Below are positions 1 through 12,021 of a DNA stretch of 32,000 bases, piece after piece. This DNA is from Propionibacterium freudenreichii subsp. freudenreichii (GTDB lineage: Bacteria; Actinomycetota; Actinomycetes; Propionibacteriales; Propionibacteriaceae). How positions within the stretch are numbered: position 1 is the first letter of the stretch; each line of letters begins with the position of its first letter. The DNA is taken from the NCBI RefSeq assembly GCF_000940845.1, contig NZ_CP010341.1, forward strand, positions 900,001 to 932,000, read 5' to 3'. The translations under genes and the position numbers were made by a program. A model generated the notes under the pieces. It searched no databases. It saw only the letters and a list, made by a program, of their open reading frames with translations, and was not told the DNA's origin.

Positions 1-1318
<1,318 letters not shown>

Positions 1319-1660
1319 CGTGAGGCTCCAAACTATTTCCGACGTGATGCCGTGCGCTCGTCGTCATGCGGTTGATCCCCAATTCAGCAGGTTCCACCCG
1401 ATGACGATCCGGCTCGGGGCCGCCATTCACATGTCGGTCCACCTGTGAGGCTATCGGTAAGGCAAGATGCAAGGCCACGCAGGGGTCGCGCGTCGCAGAT
1501 ATTTTTGCTTGTCAACTGCCTTTCAGGAAGCCCGAAACCCGGCTGCCCGGGCCATTTGATCCGGTAGTGGCCCGCGGCGCCGGGCGTCCGCCGGGGATTG
1601 CGTGGTGATTGTCACGGCATTGGCCTTGTTCCGGGCGCATGAACAGGCGAGGCTGTATGC

Positions 1661-2275
1661 ATGAGTGATTCGACGCAGACCGTGGACTTCTGGTTCGACC
1701 CCGCATGCCCCTGGGCATGGATGACGAGTCGCTGGATGCTCGAGGTGGAAAAGGTGCGCCCGGTGCACACCGTTTTCCATGTGATGAGCCTGGCGGTGCT
1801 CAATGAGGGGCGTGACCTCGATGCGGGTTACCGCAAGATGATCGACACTTTCTGGCAGGGTGCCCGTGCCTGCATCGGGGTGGAACAGGAGCACGGCCCC
1901 GAGGCGCTGCGCAATTTCTATACGGAGCTGGGCACGCGCTATCACCTCCACGACGAGCCGCGCGGCGACATCGAGGTGATCCGCGCGGCGCTGCGGGCAC
2001 AGGGCCTGGATGAGTCGATCGCCGACAAGTCCGACACGGACGTCTACGACGAGGCACTACACGCAAGCCACCATGAGGGCATGGACCCGGTGGGCGACGA
2101 TGTGGGCACCCCGGTGATCCACATGAACGGCATGGCCCTGTTCGGACCGGTGATCAGTCCCGCGCCCAAGGGGGAGCAGGCCGGAGATTTGTTCGACGGA
2201 TTCTCCAAGATGGTCGCCTATGACGGCTTCTTCGAGCTGAAGCGCACCCGCACCCGCGAGCCGATCTTCGACTGA
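1661..2275 (+). CDS. DsbA-fold thiol oxidoreductase-like protein, homolog of M. tuberculosis Rv2466c (mycothiol-dependent reductase family), with active site CPWA instead of CPWC
   Basis: 204 aa. It is colinear with the Rv2466c sequence recalled from memory (FWFDPxCPWxWxTSRWxLEV..FHVMSLAxLNE..GTPxIHxNG..FFGPVx[10 protein letters not shown]). It sits next to pepN, as Rv2466c sits next to Rv2467. Confidence 0.85.
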   Translation: MSDSTQTVDFWFDPACPWAWMTSRWMLEVEKVRPVHTVFHVMSLAVLNEGRDLDAGYRKMIDTFWQGARACIGVEQEHGPEALRNFYTELGTRYHLHDEPRGDIEVIRAALRAQGLDESIADKSDTDVYDEALHASHHEGMDPVGDDVGTPVIHMNGMALFGPVISPAPKGEQAGDLFDGFSKMVAYDGFFELKRTRTREPIFD

Positions 2276-2285
2276 GCGACACCCC

Positions 2286-2316
2286 GGGCCGACGGCCATT
2301 GCATTAGCGTCGGCCC
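2286..2316 (+). terminator. Stem-loop after the DsbA-fold gene (GGGCCGAC / GTCGGCCC, 15-nt loop), with no U-tract
   Basis: An 8-bp GC-rich inverted repeat lies 11 nt after the stop codon. Confidence 0.3.
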
Positions 2317-2499
2317 CGAATCGGGACCTATGCCGCCGGGGCGCGGTGTGAACGGGCCACGGTCTCGTCTAGGCTCGTAATTGGAATTCATTCAGGTCAT
2401 TTGTGGGGCCCCACGATCGTTGCAATCCTTGTCCCGGGAACAGACCGGAGTGTTGGCGCCCGGGGCAACGCAACCCGGGGCAATGCAAGGAGCGAAGCT

Positions 2500-3294
2500 G
2501 TGGACGAGGTGGGTCGCGCGATCGAGCACAACGACGAGATGGGCGCTGACGAGCAGGCCGGGGCGGACTACACCCCGGCTCGCCGTGCGATCGATCCCAT
2601 GGCCGGTGCCGTCGCCCGGGTGACGGCCAGCTACTCGGCGCGTCGCGCAATGCCCGACCCCTCGTCGCAACTTGATTGGGACGATTTCCTGCGTGGTGGC
2701 GCTGCCGGGTATGAGGCCCAACGCACCGTCACCGGGCTGCGCGCGCTCATCGACCGCCTGCTGGGACGCAGCAATGAGGAGGCCGCGCGGCGCCTGGACC
2801 AGGATGCGGATGAATTGCTCGCCCAGGAGCTGCTGCGGTTGGCCGCGCTGGATCCGCGCTGGGGTTTCCTGCAGCTGGCCCGCTCCAACTCCGGGTTGTC
2901 GGCCCTGCAACACATGGTGGTCGGTCCCGGCGGGGTCTACCTGCTCAATGCCAAGAACCATCCGGGGGCGAAGCTCTTCGTGGAGGGCGACACCTTCCTG
3001 GTGAATGGGCACGATCGTCCCTATGTCTCCTTCAGCCGCGTGCAGGCCAGCACCGCACGCACCCTGCTGAGCCGCGATTCGGGACTCGACCTGGGCGTCA
3101 CCGGCATCATCGTGCCGGTGAAGGATCGGCGGTTGACGATCCAGCAGGCCCCCGATGACGTCGAGGTGATCGAACGCAACGGGCTGGCCGAATGGTTGCT
3201 CAACCAGCCCGAGGAGCTCAATGAGCATGAGGTGGTCAAGGGCTTCACGGTGGCCCGCGAGGCCACCAGCTGGCGTCCCCGCTGGAGCGAATGA
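2500..3294 (+). CDS. NERD (nuclease-related domain) protein
   Basis: The C-terminal half reads ..LQHMVVGPGGVYLLNAKNHPGAKLFVEGDTFLVNG.., which is typical of actinobacterial NERD proteins. I prefer the GTG at 2500, preceded by AAGGAG (2487-2492). The track ORF begins earlier, at 2401. Confidence 0.75.
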   Translation: MDEVGRAIEHNDEMGADEQAGADYTPARRAIDPMAGAVARVTASYSARRAMPDPSSQLDWDDFLRGGAAGYEAQRTVTGLRALIDRLLGRSNEEAARRLDQDADELLAQELLRLAALDPRWGFLQLARSNSGLSALQHMVVGPGGVYLLNAKNHPGAKLFVEGDTFLVNGHDRPYVSFSRVQASTARTLLSRDSGLDLGVTGIIVPVKDRRLTIQQAPDDVEVIERNGLAEWLLNQPEELNEHEVVKGFTVAREATSWRPRWSE

Positions 3295-3310
3295 CGTTTC
3301 CGGGCGCTGA

Positions 3311-7203
<3,893 letters not shown>

Positions 7204-7684
7204 TGTGATCCCCTCATCGCCCCGAACCTAGCGCACGGCCACGGCGGGGAAGACGCAGCATGTGTCGCACCGTGGGGCGTGTCCGGGACGGCCCGGCGCC
7301 GGTCGGACGATGCCCTGCGTCCGTGGCGTGGCCCAGCTCCCGCCTGACGGATCATCGCCCGGATGGCAGCATGGGGGCATGACGGACACAGCAGATCCCC
7401 GCCCCGGGGGTGGGCGCGGTCAGCACGACAAGGGATCGGCGGACGCACGGGGCAGGTCCGGACGATCGAAGGACGCGCGGCCCAAGGAATTGGGTCGCGA
7501 CGGCATCACCCCCTTGGTGGATGCGGATCGGGCGCTCCGGGTGCGTGAGATCGGCCATCCCACTGCCGCCATGCGCAGTGCGGCGCGTTCCACGGCGGCC
7601 CGCAGCATCACCGGGCGCCGCTCCTGACCGTCTTTGCGTCCGGGGCGTCGGTTAACCTTGGGCCAGTTGCCCGTTGAGGGCTTC

Positions 7685-7726
7685 CCGGACGAGGGGTGCC
7701 GTACCCGGTGCGCGACAAGACGGCCC
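7685..7726 (+). promoter_or_regulatory. Guanidine-III (ykkC-III) riboswitch
   Basis: CCGGACGAGGGGUGCCGUACCCGGUGCGCGACAAGACGGCCC is near-identical in order and spacing to the crystallised Thermobifida fusca guanidine-III RNA recalled from memory (CCGGACGAGGUGCGCCGUACCCGGUCAGGACAAGACGGCGC). The CCGG/CCGG and GCCGU/ACGGC pairings are preserved. GGAGG (7729-7733) and the sugE ATG follow immediately. Confidence 0.8.
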
Positions 7727-7738
7727 ATGGAGGTTGTC

Positions 7739-8053
7739 ATGTCATGGATCGTTCTGGTGGTGTCCGGGTTCCTGGAGGCCGTCTGGGCCCTTGCCCTGGG
7801 TCGTTCCCACGGATTCACCCGACTGGTGCCGACGGTCGTGTTCGCGCTCGCACTGGTGGCGAGCATGGCGGGGCTGGCATTTGTGATGCGCCGCCTGCCG
7901 GTTGGCACGTCGTACGCGGTCTGGACCGGTATCGGAGCCGCCCTCACGGTCACCATCTCGATGCTGACCGGTCAGGAGCCCGTCTCCGCGATGCGCATCG
8001 TGTTTCTGGCCATGATCGTCGGCGGGGTCGTCGGGCTGAAATTCGTCGCCTGA
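7739..8053 (+). CDS. sugE: SMR-family guanidinium exporter (SugE/Gdx)
   Basis: 104 aa with four TM segments: MSWIVLVVSGFLEAVWALALG...AYAVWTGIGA.... The GGAGG RBS lies 5 nt upstream, and the gene is directly downstream of the guanidine-III riboswitch. Confidence 0.9.
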   Translation: MSWIVLVVSGFLEAVWALALGRSHGFTRLVPTVVFALALVASMAGLAFVMRRLPVGTSYAVWTGIGAALTVTISMLTGQEPVSAMRIVFLAMIVGGVVGLKFVA

Positions 8054-8068
8054 ACCAGATGTACAGAT

Positions 8069-8089
8069 CATTCACAGAAACTGTGAATG
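8069..8089. repeat. Perfect AT-rich palindrome CATTCACAG-AAA-CTGTGAATG just after the sugE stop
   Basis: Seen directly in the sequence. It lies in a local AT-rich island (about 8055-8100) within an otherwise GC-rich sequence. It could be a weak terminator or an operator. Confidence 0.6.
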
Positions 8090-8159
8090 TTGGCGAATCC
8101 GCTAGTCACGTGGGGGATCGGCCGATGCCCCCACAAGCGGGATCTGTTATCTTTTTGGG

Positions 8160-8196
8160 GTGTCGTTGGTCATGCGGGGGGCATGACCAACGACAC
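8160..8196. terminator. Strong hairpin (16-bp perfect stem, GGGGG loop) between sugE (+) and tRNA-Pro (-)
   Basis: GTGTCGTTGGTCATGC-GGGGG-GCATGACCAACGACAC. There is no downstream U-tract on either strand, so its function as a terminator is inferred from position only. Confidence 0.45.
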
Positions 8197-8251
8197 GCTC
8201 ATGTTCGGTGACCATGCCCAGCAATGTTCGTGGCCATGTGATGGCCGGGGG

Positions 8252-8324
8252 TCGGGGTGACCGGACTCGAACCGGCGACTTCCTGCTCCCAAAGCAGGCG
8301 CGCTACCAACTGCGCCACACCCCG
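8252..8324 (-). tRNA. tRNA-Pro (anticodon UGG)
   Basis: The minus strand reads CGGGGTG-TG-GCGC-AGTTGGTA-GCGC-G-CCTGC-TTTGGGA-GCAGG-AAGTC-GCCGG-TTCGAGT-CCGGT-CACCCCG-A, a complete cloverleaf. CCA is not encoded. Confidence 0.93.
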
Positions 8325-8329
8325 TTGGG

Positions 8330-8415
8330 CCCTGCAGCTCGTTCAACCCTGACGTGCGATGAACCCTGCAGTGCGATGAATCCTGCAGTCCGTTCCGGGT
8401 CTGCAGCACAGTGCA
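8330..8415. repeat. Array of about five tandem 17-18 bp units, each carrying (C)CTGCAG, starting 6 nt from the 5' end of tRNA-Pro
   Basis: The units read CCCTGCAGCTCGTTCAA / CCCTGACGTGCGATGAA / CCCTGCAGTGCGATGAA / TCCTGCAGTCCGTTCCGG / GTCTGCAGCACAGTGCAC. The central two units differ at 2 of 17 positions and the outer units are degenerate. Confidence 0.75.
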
Positions 8416-8551
8416 CGCTACCGCAAACGGCCCCGTTGCCGCGCCGTGGTGGAACCTGCCCGGGTACTGGGCGGGCTGGCTGGAATTGCCCCGGCGGGGC
8501 CACTCATCGGGCCTGCGGATGGCGCCGGATCGGCGTTCACGGCGATGATCG

Positions 8552-8557
8552 TATAAG
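8552..8557 (+). promoter_or_regulatory. Candidate -10 hexamer (TATAAG) for tRNA-Gly
   Basis: This is the only TATAAT-like hexamer in the tRNA-Pro/tRNA-Gly divergent spacer, 26 nt upstream of the mature tRNA-Gly 5' end. No convincing -35 element is present. Confidence 0.3.
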
Positions 8558-8583
8558 CTGACAGCCGCCCGGCAGCGGGCAGC

Positions 8584-8657
8584 GCGAACGTAGCTCAATG
8601 GTAGAGCCCCAGTCTTCCAAACTGGCTACGCGGGTTCGATTCCCGTCGTTCGCTCCA
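8584..8657 (+). tRNA. tRNA-Gly (anticodon UCC), CCA encoded
   Basis: GCGAACG-TA-GCTC-AATGGTA-GAGC-C-CCAGT-CTTCCAA-ACTGG-CTAC-GCGGG-TTCGATT-CCCGT-CGTTCGC-T-CCA, a 74-nt cloverleaf. Confidence 0.95.
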
Positions 8658-8787
8658 CTAACCACAGCGCGTCTGCGTCCCCATGTCCCCGCACGGGCCA
8701 TCTTGGCGTCGTCCGAGGCCGCTGGTTAGGATTGGCAGGCGTTGTATGTACGCGCCTGCGTGTCTTGTCCCAATATCAGGAGTCCTA

Positions 8788-10371
8788 GTGCCCAGCACCG
8801 TCGAGAAGTTGAACCCGACTCGGGTGAAGCTCACCATCGAAATGCCTTTTGCCGAACTTCAGCCGAAGATCGACGCGGCCTACAAGCAGATCTCCGAGCA
8901 GGTGAACCTTCCCGGTTTTCGCCGTGGCAAGGTGCCGGCCCGCCTCATCGATCAGCGCTTCGGTCGCGGTGCCGTGCTGCAGCAGGCCATCAACGACGCG
9001 ATTCCGGACGCCTACAGCAAGGCCGTCCAGGACAATGAGCTCTTCCCCCTGGGCCAGCCCGATATCGAGGTGTCGAAGCTTGAGGACGGCGATGTCGTCG
9101 AGCTGTCGGCCGAGGTGGACGTGCGCCCCGACTTCGATATTCCTGATTTCTCGGGCATCAAGGTCGAGGTCGAGCCCGCCAAGGTGAGCGACGAGGACGT
9201 CAACGAGCGCGTGGAGCTGCTGCGCGAGCGCTTCGCCAACCTCAAGGAGGTGGACCGCGCCGCCAAGGATGGTGATGTGGTCAACTTCGATCTCTCGGCC
9301 ACCCAGGACGGCGAGCCCGTGCCGGACGCCGAGTCGAATGGCATGCAGTACCGCGTCGGCGCAGGCGGCATGGTCGACGGCCTCGATGAGGCGCTGGTGG
9401 GCATGAAGGCCGGCGACGAGAAGAGCTTCAGCTCGAAGCTCGTGGGCGGAAGCCATGGCGGCCAGGACGTGGACATCAAGGTGACGGTCAACAAGGTCAA
9501 CGAGCAGGAGCTGCCCGCCCTTGACGACGACTTCGCCCAGCTGGTCTCCGAGTTCGACACGGTCGACGAGATGCTGGCCGACCTGCGTGACAACCTCGAG
9601 CGCATGGCCCGCATCGGCCAGGCCAATGAGGCCCGCGACAAGATCGTGGAGCAGGTCGTGGAGAAGGTTCCCTTCGAGCTGCCGCCTGCGGTGCTGGAAG
9701 CCGATGTCAAGGGCTACCACGACCAGATCGAGAACCAGCTCAACCAGTCGGGCCTCACCCTCGAGCAGTACCTCGAGGAGGCCGAGGACGAGAAGGCCGA
9801 CACCCCCGAGGAGTTCTGGGCCGAGATCGACAAGCGTGCCGAGCAGGGCCTGCGCGCACAGATCGTGCTGGACAAGCTCGCCGAGGAGCAGAACGTCGGC
9901 GTGAGCCAGGAAGAGTTCACCCAGCTCATCCTGCAGAAGGCCCAGCAGAACGGCACCACACCGGAGCAGGAGCTCCAGCACATGAGCGAGCACAACCACA
10001 TGCCCGAGTGGATGGGCGAGGTCCGCCGCGGCAAGGCGCTCAACACGATCGTCGATGAGGCCGTGGTGACCGACACCGACGGCAACGCGGTTGATCTGAA
10101 GCACCTGCAGGCCGATGGCACCATCGCCGAGCCCGCTGCCGATGAGAAGGCCGAGGACGCCGACAAGGCCGAGGACGCCAAGGCCGACAAGCCTGCCAAG
10201 AAGCCCGCCGCGAAGAAGCCCGCGGCCAAGGCCACCAAGGCGGCGGCGTCGAAGGCGGCCCCCAAGGCTGACAAGAAGCCGGCTGCCAAGAAGCCCGCGG
10301 CCAAGAAGCCTGCCGCGAAGAAGCCGGCCGCCAAGAAGGCTGATGAGGCGCCGGCCGACGACGCCAAGTGA
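8788..10371 (+). CDS. tig: Trigger factor (peptidyl-prolyl isomerase) with a roughly 80-aa charged Ala/Lys/Pro-rich C-terminal extension
   Basis: The protein starts VPSTVEKLNPTRVKLTIEMPFAEL.., a typical TF N-terminus, from GTG 8788 with AGGAG 5 nt upstream. The FKBP-like middle region and C-terminal arm domain are present. The tail reads ..KPAKKPAAKKPAAKATKAAASKAAPKADKKPAAKKPAAKKPAAKKPAAKKADEAPADDAK. Confidence 0.93.
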   Translation: MPSTVEKLNPTRVKLTIEMPFAELQPKIDAAYKQISEQVNLPGFRRGKVPARLIDQRFGRGAVLQQAINDAIPDAYSKAVQDNELFPLGQPDIEVSKLEDGDVVELSAEVDVRPDFDIPDFSGIKVEVEPAKVSDEDVNERVELLRERFANLKEVDRAAKDGDVVNFDLSATQDGEPVPDAESNGMQYRVGAGGMVDGLDEALVGMKAGDEKSFSSKLVGGSHGGQDVDIKVTVNKVNEQELPALDDDFAQLVSEFDTVDEMLADLRDNLERMARIGQANEARDKIVEQVVEKVPFELPPAVLEADVKGYHDQIENQLNQSGLTLEQYLEEAEDEKADTPEEFWAEIDKRAEQGLRAQIVLDKLAEEQNVGVSQEEFTQLILQKAQQNGTTPEQELQHMSEHNHMPEWMGEVRRGKALNTIVDEAVVTDTDGNAVDLKHLQADGTIAEPAADEKAEDADKAEDAKADKPAKKPAAKKPAAKATKAAASKAAPKADKKPAAKKPAAKKPAAKKPAAKKADEAPADDAK

Positions 10372-10409
10372 TCGTCCACCGGTGATCGCCCCACGGTGAG
10401 CACCGGCAG

Positions 10410-10456
10410 CAGAATCGGGAGTCCTTCCTCGGAGGGGCTCCCGATTCTGTGTTTGG
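10410..10456 (+). terminator. Rho-independent terminator of tig
   Basis: A 12-bp stem, CAGAATCGGGAG / CTCCCGATTCTG, is followed by TGTTTGG. Confidence 0.7.
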
Positions 10457-10595
10457 CTGATGCATCTGGGCGGCGCTCGTGCTTGCTAGGCTTTCCCCGG
10501 CCTGCGACACACAGTGCTGTGCGTGGCACCACGCTTGTACGAGGACACGCCCCAACGACAACACTGTTGTGTGACACCACTGGAAGGATCGGCCG

Positions 10596-11789
10596 ATGAG
10601 CCAACCCGAGGAAGCAGAGCCGGTCATCCCCGATGGCGCCACTGCCGCGTACGCGCTCGCCGAGGACGACGGCACCACCGTCGCGGGGCCCACGTCCCCG
10701 GCCCAGGCCGCTGCGCCGCCGACCCGTTCGCCGGGGATACCCCGCTATCTCCAGATCGCCGGCGGCATCGTGTTGTCCCTGGGTGCGCTCCTGCTGCTCA
10801 AGGAATTCGGCAGCACCTTCGCGCCGATGTTCCTGGCGCTCAACCTCATGGTCACCGCGTATCCGCTGCACACCTGGTTGGTGCGCAAGGGGTGCCCCTC
10901 GCCGCTGTCGGCCGTGACCACCGCGCTCGTCGTCTTCGTGGTCCTGCTGGCGATGGTGGCCGGCCTGGTCTGGTCGGTCAACGAGACCGTGACGCTGCTG
11001 CCGCAGTATGCCGATGAGTTCACCGGATTGTTCAACTGGTTCATCGACCGCGCAGCACAACTCGGCTTTGACCAGGCCAGCCTCATGCAGGCCTTCAAGA
11101 GCATCGATCCCAACAGCATCTTCTCGGCGGCGAGCTCGGTGCTCAATGGTGCCTCCGGCTTCGTCGCCATGCTGGCGATCCTGGTCACCACCCTGGTGTT
11201 CATGGCCATGGACACCTCCGGCTTCGCGGCCCGCATCCGCATCGCCGGCGCCACCCATTCGCGGATGGTCACCGGGCTGGTCTCGTTCAGCCGCGGGATC
11301 CGTCGCTATTGGGTGGTCACCTCGGTGTTCGGCCTCATCGTCGCCGTCCTGGACGTGATCGCGGTGGCGATCATCGGCGTGCCGCTGCCCATCGTGTGGG
11401 GCCTGCTCAGCTTCCTGACGAACTACATTCCCAATATCGGCTTCGTGGTGGGCCTCATCCCGCCGGCGCTGGTGGCGCTGGTGGCGCTGGGTTGGAAGCA
11501 GGCGCTGGTGGTCGTGGTGCTGTACTGCGTGCTGAACTTCGTGGTGCAGTCGATCATCCAACCGCGCTTCACCGGCGAGTCCGTCGGCGTGACGCCCACC
11601 ATCTCGTTCATCTCGTTGCTCGTGTGGGGCCTCGTGCTGGGCGGGCTGGGCACCCTGCTGGCGCTCCCGATGACCCTGCTGGTCAAGGCGCTGATCATTG
11701 ACACCGATCCCCGGGCGCGATGGGTGAATGCCTTCATCGCCAGCAATCCGGGCGATGCCCAGGGGGCGGCGCAACAGGCCGAACTGTGA
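10596..11789 (+). CDS. AI-2E family transporter (PerM/UPF0118), paralog 1
   Basis: 397 aa, polytopic membrane protein. The family-typical core reads ..FLTNYIPNIGFVVGLIPPALVAL..FTGESVGVTPTISFISLLVWGLVLGGLGTLLALPMT... A GGAAGGA RBS is present. Confidence 0.88.
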   Translation: MSQPEEAEPVIPDGATAAYALAEDDGTTVAGPTSPAQAAAPPTRSPGIPRYLQIAGGIVLSLGALLLLKEFGSTFAPMFLALNLMVTAYPLHTWLVRKGCPSPLSAVTTALVVFVVLLAMVAGLVWSVNETVTLLPQYADEFTGLFNWFIDRAAQLGFDQASLMQAFKSIDPNSIFSAASSVLNGASGFVAMLAILVTTLVFMAMDTSGFAARIRIAGATHSRMVTGLVSFSRGIRRYWVVTSVFGLIVAVLDVIAVAIIGVPLPIVWGLLSFLTNYIPNIGFVVGLIPPALVALVALGWKQALVVVVLYCVLNFVVQSIIQPRFTGESVGVTPTISFISLLVWGLVLGGLGTLLALPMTLLVKALIIDTDPRARWVNAFIASNPGDAQGAAQQAEL

Positions 11790-11794
11790 TTCTG

Positions 11795-11824
11795 CCCCCG
11801 TCCCGGTGGAGGTCCTGACGGGGG
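11795..11824 (+). terminator. Stem-loop after AI-2E paralog 1 (CCCCCGTC / GACGGGGG, 14-nt loop)
   Basis: An 8-bp GC stem lies 5 nt after the stop codon, with no U-tract. Confidence 0.35.
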
Positions 11825-11853
11825 AGCGCAGCAGGCGTGGTCCGTTGTGCCCT

Positions 11854-11937
11854 GTGGTGGTTCCCGGTGGGGCCGTGGTGGTTCCCGGCGGAGCTGTGTC
11901 GGTTCCCGGTGGACCCCTGCGGGTTGCTGGTGGAACT
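11854..11937. repeat. Three good copies plus one degenerate copy of a 21-bp tandem repeat (core GGTTCCCGGYGG) in the spacer between the two AI-2E genes
   Basis: GTGGTGGTTCCCGGTGGGGCC / GTGGTGGTTCCCGGCGGAGCT / GTGTCGGTTCCCGGTGGACCC / ctgcGGGTTgCtGGTGGAact. Confidence 0.8.
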
Positions 11938-12021
11938 GTGCCACGGCAGGGCGATCGCGTCCCCTAAGCTGACCCCGACGTGCCGCGTCGCCACGCACCC
12001 GGCGCCATCGAGGAGACGATC

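Noticed and set aside
1480-1530. A perfect TTGACA hexamer (minus strand, in the AT-rich patch gatatttttgcttgtcaact) as the pepN promoter
   Set aside because: No acceptable -10 element lies at 16-19 bp spacing on either strand, so I cannot support a promoter call from sequence alone.
7290-7480. GGACGA-containing segments (near 7300 and 7455) that might be extra guanidine-II or guanidine-III riboswitch copies
   Set aside because: They lack the closing helices of mini-ykkC ACGR hairpins and the GUACCCGG...GACAAGACGG blocks of guanidine-III. No exporter gene follows them.
7262-7627. Arg/Gly-rich ORF (82-121 aa depending on the start) in the long spacer upstream of the riboswitch
   Set aside because: It has no RBS and a highly basic, disordered composition, and I recognise no family. 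It is kept only as a question in the findings rather than called as a gene.
8330-8415. The tandem arrays at 8330-8415 and 11854-11937 as CRISPR arrays
   Set aside because: The units are directly abutting with no unique spacers, the unit length (17-21 bp) is too short, and no cas genes are present.
8054-8660. An integrated mobile element at the tRNA-Pro / tRNA-Gly pair
   Set aside because: There is no integrase, no duplicated tRNA 3' segment (att-like direct repeat) anywhere in the window, and no compositional shift beyond a ~45-bp AT-rich patch.
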